A stretch of DNA of 14,422 nucleotides from Fimbriimonadales bacterium (GTDB lineage Bacteria; Armatimonadota; Fimbriimonadia; Fimbriimonadales; JABRVX01). The notes below the pieces were generated by a model, which saw only the letters and a program-made list of their open reading frames with translations, did no database searches and was not told the origin of the DNA. A program made the position numbers and the translations under genes. This document shows positions 1-7,563 of the stretch, piece after piece; the stretch's first letter is position 1; every line of letters starts with the position of its first letter. The stretch is taken from assembly GCA_045862955.1 (NCBI GenBank), contig BTVI01000063.1, forward strand, positions 1 through 14,422, written 5' to 3'.

Positions 1-71
1 GGGGGGGGGGGGGGGGGGGGCGCGGGCCGGGGGCCCCCCCCCCCGCCTCTCTCCTTCTCGCAAGCTCGCCG

Positions 72-875
72 CTAACGACTCTTCTTCATCGCAGCGAGCT
101 TCTGTTCCAGCAGCTCGGTCAACTCCGCGAGCGTGAGTCGCGGCTGCATCAGAGGCTGCATCTGGCCGAGTGGTTGGGGAGCGAGCCCCGGCCCCTGTAG
201 ATTGGGCCCGGACGGCGTCGTCCGCTGCCCCACTGGCGGTGGGCCTTGAGGCTGCCTCTGCCCCTGCCCCGGTTGCAGGACGGCAACCGGCGGGGGATCA
301 CCCATCTCCTGCTCCGGGGGGCCGAACCGTTCCGGCCCTTCTCCAGGTCGCGGGCCCACTTCGCCGGGTCGGAGGAAGTCGGGTCGTCCGCCGTCCGGCC
401 GGCGGTCGGGGCCCGAAACCAACCTTCGCAGTGCGTCGGACTTCAGAGGCCCGATGGCGCGGGCCAGAGCATCCCAGGTCTGGTTCTCGGTCTGGCGGTA
501 CTCCTCGGCGAGGCGCCGCATCGCCTCCCCCGTATCGGGGAGCGGTGGGTCTTCGGGTCGGGCCGCCAGTAGCGCCTGGATCTCCTGGTCGAGTAGCTGC
601 TCCGACCGCGTGCGTAGCCTGGTCTCGGCATCTCGCAGTGCCCGAACATGCGACAAGGCGGTCTCGACATCCTCTACCGTCATTCCGAGACGGTGCATCT
701 CGCGCAGCGCTGCGAGCTTTGTGACCTTCTTGGCCATCTCGGGCTGCGGCGGCATCACCATCGGCTGAAGGGGTCTGCCTCCCTGCTCAGTTCGCGGCTG
801 CTGGGATGCGGTCGGCAGGGCCAGGATTACGATGCAGGCCCCCAGCAGCGTCCATTTCCACTCGGCACATTTCAT
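72..875 (-). CDS. Secreted hypothetical protein (signal peptide, helical domain, Pro/Gln/Gly-rich linker, C-terminal amphipathic helix); third gene of the ECF operon
   Basis: 267-aa ORF with SD GGAGGAGG upstream of the ATG. Hydrophobic N-terminus (WTLLGACIVILALPTAS). Starts 24 bp after the anti-sigma stop. Confidence 0.8.
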   Translation of the reverse strand: MKCAEWKWTLLGACIVILALPTASQQPRTEQGGRPLQPMVMPPQPEMAKKVTKLAALREMHRLGMTVEDVETALSHVRALRDAETRLRTRSEQLLDQEIQALLAARPEDPPLPDTGEAMRRLAEEYRQTENQTWDALARAIGPLKSDALRRLVSGPDRRPDGGRPDFLRPGEVGPRPGEGPERFGPPEQEMGDPPPVAVLQPGQGQRQPQGPPPVGQRTTPSGPNLQGPGLAPQPLGQMQPLMQPRLTLAELTELLEQKLAAMKKSR

Positions 876-899
876 CTCTCTGCCTCCTCCGGGCGGGTT

Positions 900-1688
900 C
901 TAGGTGTCATCCGCCTGTGTTAAATACTGCGAGTAATACGTTATCGCTTGGTACACGTCGCCTGCGGCCTCGGCGGTGTAGCCAGTCGCATAGGCGAGGT
1001 CCGAGTCTTGTGCGCTCTCGTAGGCACGAGCATAGGCGTCCGAAGCGTGTGCGTAAGCGCCCGCCTCGGCGTACCAGTCACCCCATTCCTCCCATGCGAC
1101 GGTCTCGGTCGGCGTTTCCGTAGGCTGGGCTGCTGTAGGCGTCCCGCTGGTCACGGACGGCGCGCTCTTGCGAGCGCCTGCCACCGCCTTTCGATGAACC
1201 TTTCGAGCTGATGTGGGAGTGCGGACCGAGTCCGATACCACCTGTTGCGGCACATCGTTCGGCTGAGTGATGGCAACCGGCGGCGGCACAGGACTAGGCG
1301 CCGGTTCGGGTGGGGGGACTTGCGTGTCAGCGATCTCTTCTCCTCCGGTTGGAGACGAAGGTGTCGGACGAACCACCCACCATGCGAAGAATACGAGCAG
1401 CGCCGCCAGGACAATTGCTGCGGGCAGCGGCAGCCACGAAGCGGTGCGAGCGGGCCGAGGCTCCTCGTTCAGTCGGCGCAGCGTGCGCGCCACGAAATCG
1501 CTCGAGGGCTGGAGCGCCGGCAGTACGCGCGGTAGGTCGTCTGCGACTGCGCTCAAGGCGGCCCACTCGCGGGCGCAGTCCGAGCACTCGGCAACGTGCG
1601 CTGCGAGCCGGCTATCTGCCGACAGGTCCTCGCCCAGTGCCACCAGCCGCGCCAACCGAATGCGCACGAGTCTGCAAGTCAGCTTCAT
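900..1688 (-). CDS. Zinc-finger (zf-HC2/ZAS) transmembrane anti-sigma factor with Pro-rich linker and C-terminal TPR-like domain
   Basis: HxxxCxxC motif (HVAECSDC), one TM helix (LPAAIVLAALLVFFAWWVV), TPR-like helices (WGDWYAEAGAYAHASDAYARA; TGYTAEAAGDVYQAITYYSQYL). ATGA overlap with the sigma stop at 1685-1688. Confidence 0.85.
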   Translation of the reverse strand: MKLTCRLVRIRLARLVALGEDLSADSRLAAHVAECSDCAREWAALSAVADDLPRVLPALQPSSDFVARTLRRLNEEPRPARTASWLPLPAAIVLAALLVFFAWWVVRPTPSSPTGGEEIADTQVPPPEPAPSPVPPPVAITQPNDVPQQVVSDSVRTPTSARKVHRKAVAGARKSAPSVTSGTPTAAQPTETPTETVAWEEWGDWYAEAGAYAHASDAYARAYESAQDSDLAYATGYTAEAAGDVYQAITYYSQYLTQADDT

Positions 1689-2254
1689 CGGCTAACCTCC
1701 CCCACGGCCCGTCGCAGCCTTCGCAGCGCTCCGGCCAGTCGTCCGGTGACGGTGCTTTCGCGGAGGCCCAGGGCCTGCGCTATTTGGCGCACGGTGCAGC
1801 CCGACGCGTAGTGCATTTCCAGCGGCACCCGCTGGTGTTCCGGCAACGCACTTAGCGCCTGGCGGAGGAGAGCGCTTCGTTCCTCTCGGAATGCCTTTTC
1901 TTCGGGCGAGGCTGCTTCGCTGCGGAGATCGGGAGTGAGGGGCACGGAGCTCCGGACGCGCTTGCGACGCAGTAGGTCGTTGCAGTGGTTTCGGAGAATC
2001 CGCATCAGGTAAGGCACGAACTGCATCGTAGGGTCGAACACCGACAGAGCGCGATAGGCGCGCACGAAGGCCTCTTGAGCCGCGTCTTCGGCCTCTTCGG
2101 GATTGCGCAGCCTCGCGAGGGCATAGGCGTAGGCGAGGTCGCGGTGGCGCTCGACCAGGAGGCTGAAGGATGCGGCATCGCCGGCCTTCGCTGCCCTGGC
2201 CAGTGTCTCGTCCGAGACTCCGCTGTACGTTTGTGTCATCGCATAGCCTGTCAT
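1685..2254 (-). CDS. RNA polymerase sigma-70 factor, ECF subfamily
   Basis: Region 2 (AEDAAQEAFVRAYRAL...YLMRILRNHCNDLLRRKR) and region 4.2 HTH (LSALPEHQR...TVRQIAQALGLRESTVTGRLAGALRRLR). Start uncertain: GTG 2290, ATG 2254 or ATG 2239. Confidence 0.95.
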   Translation of the reverse strand: MTGYAMTQTYSGVSDETLARAAKAGDAASFSLLVERHRDLAYAYALARLRNPEEAEDAAQEAFVRAYRALSVFDPTMQFVPYLMRILRNHCNDLLRRKRVRSSVPLTPDLRSEAASPEEKAFREERSALLRQALSALPEHQRVPLEMHYASGCTVRQIAQALGLRESTVTGRLAGALRRLRRAVGEVSR

Positions 2255-2394
2255 CAGAGCCCCCCGAACCCGCTGCACGCTGTGCACCACGGCCGTTCGG
2301 CTTCCCTGATTCTTACGCGCGATGACCCATTATGAAAGGGCCGAAGGCAGAGGGGTATAGGGAACCCAGTAGGGTGAAGGGCCGAGAGTGCAGC

Positions 2395-2419
2395 AACGAC
2401 TGGTTCGGGCGGAGTTTCA
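2395..2419 (-). promoter_or_regulatory. Candidate ECF-type (autoregulatory) promoter TGAAAC-N15-CGTT
   Basis: Minus strand reads TGAAACtccgcccgaaccagtCGTTG upstream of the ECF gene. It resembles the AAC/CGT ECF consensus, but the spacer is 1 nt shorter than the usual 16. Confidence 0.3.
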
Positions 2420-2517
2420 TCGCAGTGGCCCGTGCGTAGACTTGTCAGAAGCTGGCCCCGAGCGGTGGGTGCGCGGCAGCACCCGTTGAAGCGGGGCACA
2501 CTGTGAGGAGAGGCAGA

Positions 2518-3402
2518 ATGAGGAGATTGACCCGCTGCGCCGCGTTCCTACTGACGACGGCGCTCTCGGCGGCAGCCCTTGCACAGGACGGCCCGCCACC
2601 CCCGTGGTTCGAGAGCCTGGTGAAAGGCTCAGGGCATCTGGTGGGTGCAGCGCCGCTCGGCAATTTCGAGATGATGGCGATAAAGGGACCTGGAGCTCCG
2701 GTCGGATCCATGCTGTTCGTAGGACACCCGACCGACGCGAATCAGCCCGTCGTGATAGCTTTGCGCGTTGTTGCCGCGTTGGCAGTCGACGGGCGTCTGG
2801 GCCGCATCGAGGGAGAGGGGACGCTCAACGGCGAGCCTGCGAGAATCGCCATCGAAGCCGAGGATCTGGCAGTGCCCGATGGCCCGCGAGACGTCTTCGA
2901 CCGTCTCAGCATCAAGGCAGTGTCGAGCAGCGCCGAGATTGTCGTGGCAGGGACCGTTCGGGGTGGCGATATCTTGGTCGTGAAGCCACCGCCACCGCCG
3001 CTGCACGAGGCGCGCGGCAACGGCGTCATCGCCGTGTCCAACGCGACGGTTGGCATGCTAGACGTTCGCGCCGCGCTGCGAACCGCTCCGGACGGCAAGT
3101 CGGTTATCGAAGGCGTGTTCACGTTCAAAGAGCATGGTGCCGACCGCAACCGCCCGAAGAACGTGGTTACCTCCAAGCGACTGGTCGAGATGGTGGTGGA
3201 GGGCCGCAAGGCCACGATCCGAGCCGAAGTGATGTTCAACAACAGGCCGGCACTCGCGGAACTGGTTATCGAGGATAACCGCGGGCCGGGCGATCCGGAC
3301 GACACCCCGAAGGATTCCTTCCGGCTGACGGTCCGGCGCGGCAACGAGACGGTGTACGGGGTTGGTGGGCCGCTTGTCCAGGGTGACCTTTTCGTGAGGT
3401 AA
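2518..3402 (+). CDS. Secreted hypothetical protein with two tandem homologous beta-rich domains (post-COAP-1-like)
   Basis: SD GAGGAGAGG before ATG 2518; signal peptide ending ALA-Q. Two ~125-aa halves share G-x-G ... ED ... D-x-F/L-x-I/L ... G-x-V/L-x-x-GD-I/L-x-V, and each is preceded by a poly-Pro run. Confidence 0.8.
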   Translation: MRRLTRCAAFLLTTALSAAALAQDGPPPPWFESLVKGSGHLVGAAPLGNFEMMAIKGPGAPVGSMLFVGHPTDANQPVVIALRVVAALAVDGRLGRIEGEGTLNGEPARIAIEAEDLAVPDGPRDVFDRLSIKAVSSSAEIVVAGTVRGGDILVVKPPPPPLHEARGNGVIAVSNATVGMLDVRAALRTAPDGKSVIEGVFTFKEHGADRNRPKNVVTSKRLVEMVVEGRKATIRAEVMFNNRPALAELVIEDNRGPGDPDDTPKDSFRLTVRRGNETVYGVGGPLVQGDLFVR

Positions 3403-3426
3403 ACGGGCCAGCCTGCCGTTCTCATC

Positions 3427-3452
3427 CGGGGCGGGGCACACACCCCGCCCCG
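3427..3452 (+). terminator. GC-rich hairpin downstream of 2518..3402 (possible terminator, no U tract)
   Basis: CGGGGCGGGG-cacaca-CCCCGCCCCG, a 10-bp perfect stem 24 bp after the stop codon. Confidence 0.5.
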
Positions 3453-3580
3453 CTGCCCATTGCTCTTGCCCGCTCGGCTTGCGCGTTGTCGGTGCCCCGG
3501 CGCGGTCCTCGGGTTGGCGGTGTGCGGTGGGTCTGTCTCGGCCGACCGGGACGCGGGCCGGGGCATGGAGATGCTGCGCT

Positions 3581-3692
3581 TACCGTCACGCTGAGCCTGT
3601 CGAAGCGCGCAGTCGGGCTCCGCGAGGATTCGGCGGAGCACCGTGGCATGCGGCATGCGGGCTCACGCTTCGACAAGCTCAGCGTGACGGTA
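3581..3692. repeat. REP/MITE-like palindromic element with 27-bp terminal inverted repeats (family A)
   Basis: TACCGTCACGCTGAGCCTGTCGAAGCG (3581-3607) and CGCTTCGACAAGCTCAGCGTGACGGTA (3666-3692) are reverse complements with 1 mismatch. Internal hairpin GCTCCGC...GCGGAGC. Confidence 0.85.
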
Positions 3693-3942
3693 CAGAGGGC
3701 CGACAGCCTAGAGCCGATGCGCCTGCTACCAGCGGGCGCCGCGGAGGCCGAAGGAAGCGACAGATCCAAAGTCGAAGCGCGCAGTCGGGCTCCGCGAGGA
3801 CTCGGCGGAGCACCGTGGCATGCGGCATGCGCGCTCACGCTTCGACAAGCTCAGCGTGACGGTACAGAGGGCCGACAGCCTAGAGCCGCTGCGCCTGCTA
3901 CCAGCGGGCGCCGCGGAGGCCGAAGGAAGCGATGACTCCAAA
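3599..3942. repeat. 172-bp direct tandem duplication (3599-3770 / 3771-3942)
   Basis: Manual alignment: ungapped, about 7 mismatches. The unit includes most of the family A element and the last 45 nt of the WD40 gene including its stop codon. Confidence 0.95.
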
Positions 3943-6219
3943 GAGGTCTACTGCGTCTACCACTCCGTCGCCGTTGATGTCAGAGTATCTCCACTCCGGT
4001 GGCGGGGCCTGCCCCCAGTCCACGAGGATTCGGTTGACATCCAGCAGGTCCACGACGTCGTTTCGGTCGGTGTCCCCGGGTAAGGCCCCATCTCCAGAAG
4101 GACCCGCAAACAGCACCTGAACCGGCTCTCCAACAGTCGTGAATCGTTCGGCGACGGACAGGAACCCAAAAGGCTGGATCCGAATGCGGTGCTCGCCGTA
4201 GGCAGGAACCTCGACTGTGAAGACGGCGGTTCCGTTTTTCGCCTCCTTGGGCAGACTGACTTGGGACCAGCCATTCAGGCTCAGGGGCATGCGGCGTGCG
4301 ACCAGAGCGGAGTCCCCTCCAACCCATCCCGCCAGGGGGACAATGCAGGTAGCGGTAACCGTATCGCCCAGCGATGCGAGATGGACCGAGCCATCGTACC
4401 GCCCGAAGACGAACGAGTCGCCGTTGGAGAGAGTGTCCAGCGACGTGATACCGAGGCAGTCTTCCATCAGCACCCGCGTCAAGTGCCCGCTCTTTGCGGA
4501 GTAGATATATAGGACGCTTGCTTGGCTCGCCGAGCTGCAAGCCAGCAACTCACCATCGCGCAGGAAGCCCATGGCGCGGATCGGCACTTGCACTGGAGTA
4601 ATCTGCTGCAATAGCAGCCACGTGCTCGTTTCCCATATCAGCACGTCCGATTTGTACTGAATGTCATCCCAGAAGGCGGCCGCAAGCATTCGCCCATTAG
4701 CCATGAATGTGAGCTGCATCGTTAGGCCAGGCGGGGTCGGCAGCCAACGTTCCACTTGCCAGTCGGAGGTTCGCCAGACCGCGATGGACTCGCCTACTCC
4801 GACGATCAGCAGTTGCCCATCGGGTGAGAACCGGACGGAAAGCGGCGGCAGCGCCAGATCACCCATCTCTGACGCCACCTCGCCGTCCGCGGTGCGATAC
4901 ACTCTGACGGTGGATGGTTGCTGTGCTTCCCACAGTGAAACCGCCAGCAACTCGCCGTCCGGAGAAAGGTCGAGTGCGACAGGCAGTTTGGGTAACTGGA
5001 TGGAGCGAAGCAGCGTACCCGAGGGCACTGACCATATCAGTGCCGTGCGGTCGGCAGAAGTGGTCGCGAGCGTCTGGCCGTCGGAGGAGAAGCTCAAACC
5101 GCGCACTTCCTCCGTGTGTCCGGTGAACGTGGTGATCTGGCTGCCATCGCTCAGGGATACGAGCTTCACGCGGGACCAATCTGCCACCGCAACGGTGTTT
5201 GCAGGAAGAGAGGACGCGAGATACCGTATCGAAGTCCGACTCATGCAGGCGCCAATGGTCCGCGAGAGCTGCCGCGCTTCGATATCCCACACGTGCAGGC
5301 GGTAATCGCCACCGGCGGTAACGAGGTACATCCCGTCCGGGGTGAATGCCAGGCCGTTGAACCATTGGCTGCCGCTAGCCGCAAACTCCACGATCAGAGT
5401 GCCGTCTTCTGCGTTGTAGAGCCGGGCGCCGCCTCGGTCCTTCGCGGCCGCCACGATCTTCCCATCGGGCGAGAACGCGACGTACCTTGCACGGTAGGAG
5501 CTGTCCAGGACCAGACTGGCTCCGTCTTCGATGCGCCATAGCACCACTCTGGAGTTCGTCGAGTCTGCCGCAGCCAGGAGCCGGCCATCGGGCGAGTAGG
5601 CAAGATCGGTGTACATGCAGCGCTCGGCATTCAGCACCCGAACCACCGAGCCGTCCGCGACACGATTGATGGTCAGGGAGTCCTCCTGCCCACCTCCAAG
5701 AGCAATCGTCTCGCCATCCGGAGAAAAAGCCAGGGCGCGAGTAAAGAAGGTACCCATCGTGCGGACTATCGTGCCGTCGGACAGACTCCAGAAGCGCGCC
5801 CCGTAATAGCCGGCAGTGGCCAAGAGCGTGCTGTCCGGTGAGAACGAGACGTCACTGCCTGCGTACCCCGCTGCTGCCTCCAGCTGAAGCGGGCGGCTTC
5901 CATCGGCAATCCGCCAAATGTGAAGATCGCCTTCGAGCGAGGTGGTTGCGAGATACCGACCGTCGGGCGATATGGCGAGTGCGGTGCCCCCGGAATCGAA
6001 GGTGCGAACGAGCACTCCGTCTTCCAGCCCAAACAGCAGGGTAGGCCCATCGACTGTGGTGCAGGTCACATGCCTGCCATCCGAAGACACGGCAAGAGCG
6101 TGCACGGACGAAAGGCAGCCGCTTTGCCCCCACTGAATCAGTGGAGGGCCCTGCGACTGCCCTGCCGCGGCAAGCAATATCAGAGCGAGCGGCAAGAGGA
6201 TGAGGTTAGACCGGCACAT
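3898..6219 (-). CDS. Secreted WD40 beta-propeller protein (~14 blades) with C-terminal beta-sandwich and dockerin-like Ca-binding module
   Basis: SD GGGAGGAG before ATG 6219; signal peptide MCRSNLILLPLALILLAAAGQSQG. About 14 repeats of the F/Y-S-P-D-G...V-x-x-W type. C-terminal paired motifs GDTDRNDVVDLLD and SDINGDGVVDAVD. Confidence 0.9.
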   Translation of the reverse strand: MCRSNLILLPLALILLAAAGQSQGPPLIQWGQSGCLSSVHALAVSSDGRHVTCTTVDGPTLLFGLEDGVLVRTFDSGGTALAISPDGRYLATTSLEGDLHIWRIADGSRPLQLEAAAGYAGSDVSFSPDSTLLATAGYYGARFWSLSDGTIVRTMGTFFTRALAFSPDGETIALGGGQEDSLTINRVADGSVVRVLNAERCMYTDLAYSPDGRLLAAADSTNSRVVLWRIEDGASLVLDSSYRARYVAFSPDGKIVAAAKDRGGARLYNAEDGTLIVEFAASGSQWFNGLAFTPDGMYLVTAGGDYRLHVWDIEARQLSRTIGACMSRTSIRYLASSLPANTVAVADWSRVKLVSLSDGSQITTFTGHTEEVRGLSFSSDGQTLATTSADRTALIWSVPSGTLLRSIQLPKLPVALDLSPDGELLAVSLWEAQQPSTVRVYRTADGEVASEMGDLALPPLSVRFSPDGQLLIVGVGESIAVWRTSDWQVERWLPTPPGLTMQLTFMANGRMLAAAFWDDIQYKSDVLIWETSTWLLLQQITPVQVPIRAMGFLRDGELLACSSASQASVLYIYSAKSGHLTRVLMEDCLGITSLDTLSNGDSFVFGRYDGSVHLASLGDTVTATCIVPLAGWVGGDSALVARRMPLSLNGWSQVSLPKEAKNGTAVFTVEVPAYGEHRIRIQPFGFLSVAERFTTVGEPVQVLFAGPSGDGALPGDTDRNDVVDLLDVNRILVDWGQAPPPEWRYSDINGDGVVDAVDLFGVIASFGLRGARW

Positions 6220-6293
6220 TGGCTCCTCCCAGCGCTGCGGCCCCGCCTGCGACGACCGGCGCCGCAGATGAACCGCGACTAGCCCCACAAACC

Positions 6294-6302
6294 ATTATAA
6301 CA
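6294..6302 (-). promoter_or_regulatory. Extended -10 promoter element (TGtTATAAT) for the WD40 gene
   Basis: Perfect TATAAT preceded by TGn in a very GC-rich context, ~75 bp upstream of ATG 6219. No canonical -35 at 17-bp spacing. Confidence 0.6.
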
Positions 6303-6361
6303 CCGCAATGATCGCAACGCGACTTGCGGCGAGCGCCTCAGTACCGCGGAGACCGTGACCC

Positions 6362-6727
6362 CTATGGTCCGGGAGTGTCTGCGCTCTCTGGCAGAAGCTC
6401 GTCCATCACCTCGAATGCGTAGCGCATGTGCGGGATGACGACGGAGCCGCCGATCACCAGTGCGATGTTCATGGCTTCGATTAGCTCTTCCCTGCTTACA
6501 CCCTCGCTGACGCAGCGATCGAGATGGTAGAAGATGCAGTCATTGCACCGAAGCACCATCGAGCCGACCAGCCCCATCAGCTCCTTCATCTTCACGGGTA
6601 TCGCGCCGAAGCTGTACGCTTGGGTATCGAGGTTGAAGAACCGTTGGATGCCCTTGTGACCGGAACTGAGGATGCGCTCGTTCATGTCGAGCCGATAGGC
6701 CCGAGCATGCTGTATCTTCTCAGACAC
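6362..6727 (-). CDS. Carboxymuconolactone decarboxylase / AhpD-like family protein
   Basis: KMKELMGLVGSMVLRCNDCIFYH (CxxC-x3-H) and GVSREELIEA motifs. Strong SD AAAAGGAGG before GTG 6727. Confidence 0.9.
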   Translation of the reverse strand: MSEKIQHARAYRLDMNERILSSGHKGIQRFFNLDTQAYSFGAIPVKMKELMGLVGSMVLRCNDCIFYHLDRCVSEGVSREELIEAMNIALVIGGSVVIPHMRYAFEVMDELLPESADTPGP

Positions 6728-6897
6728 TGCCCGCCTCCTTTTTGGTTGCGCCGTAACTGACAGAATCACCGGGACGACGGCATCCTATGGTACCTCGGCA
6801 ACCCGGGTTTCGCCGCAGCGTGGCCCTGTTTGCGCGGCAGTCGACGTCCTACGGCCTGTCTCGGCCGCTGGTCGGCGTAGAATCGAAACACATAAGC

Positions 6898-7518
6898 ATG
6901 AAGTCCTCGAATCACGAACTCATACGCATCCTGATCGCGCTTCTGCTGGTTGCGCTGATGGCGTTCGTAGTCTGGCGGGTGTCTATCACACCGGCAGGGC
7001 CTCGGCAGCGGGCAGGCATTTTGGGAGTCGTGATCCATCACAGCGCAACGCCGCCCACCTCGGCAGGAAAGCCGGTGGATGCCGCGGTGCTGGATGGCTA
7101 CCACGCGCGTCGGGGCTGGGTGCACGTGGACACAAGTGGCGTGTACCACATCGGCTACCATTACGTCGTCCTGCAGGATGGCACCGTCCAGCCGGGCAGG
7201 CCGGAGAACGCGATGGGGGCCCACTCCGGGGTGACGTACTATAACCGACACTACCTCGGCATCTGCCTAGTCGGGGACTTCGATTCGAGCAGCAATCCGA
7301 GGGGTAGGAACGGTCCGCTTCGGCCTCCTGCGGCACAGATGAAGGCGACGGCGGACTTGGTGGCCGAGCTGGCGAGGCGGCACGGGTTCGGCCCGGAGGA
7401 GATCATCGCACACAGGGACGTGAAGAGAACGCTGTGTCCGGGCGATCGGTTTCCGATGGCGGAACTGCGCGCCGCGGTGCAGAAGCGACTGGCTACAACA
7501 CCTGGACGTGGAACCTAG
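6898..7518 (+). CDS. N-acetylmuramoyl-L-alanine amidase (Amidase_2 / PGRP-T7 lysozyme type) with N-terminal membrane anchor
   Basis: Motifs VIHHSAT, IGYHYVV, GAHSG, GICLVGDF, AHRDV and CPG give the H/H/C Zn-ligand pattern. TM helix LIRILIALLLVALMAFVVW. ATG 6898 is preferred over 6787. Confidence 0.9.
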   Translation: MKSSNHELIRILIALLLVALMAFVVWRVSITPAGPRQRAGILGVVIHHSATPPTSAGKPVDAAVLDGYHARRGWVHVDTSGVYHIGYHYVVLQDGTVQPGRPENAMGAHSGVTYYNRHYLGICLVGDFDSSSNPRGRNGPLRPPAAQMKATADLVAELARRHGFGPEEIIAHRDVKRTLCPGDRFPMAELRAAVQKRLATTPGRGT

Positions 7519-7563
7519 TCCCTGCCGCTGCTCTCGTCGCGGGTACGCTATCCCCCACCGAAG

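Noticed and set aside
3422..3941. ORFs across the family A repeat region (3422..3838, 3479..3859, 3486..3935, 3726..3941)
   Set aside because: They are translations of repeat DNA with no recognisable domain or RBS.
3599..3942. Diversity-generating retroelement (VR at gene 3' end plus TR)
   Set aside because: The mismatches are not adenine-specific on either strand, most of the repeat is non-coding, and no reverse transcriptase gene is in the window.
6898..7518. Prophage endolysin
   Set aside because: No holin, structural or integrase genes nearby. The flanking genes are housekeeping and the N-terminal anchor fits a host amidase.
7519..7563. FMN riboswitch upstream of ribF
   Set aside because: The intergenic gap is only 45 bp and no RFN consensus motifs are seen.
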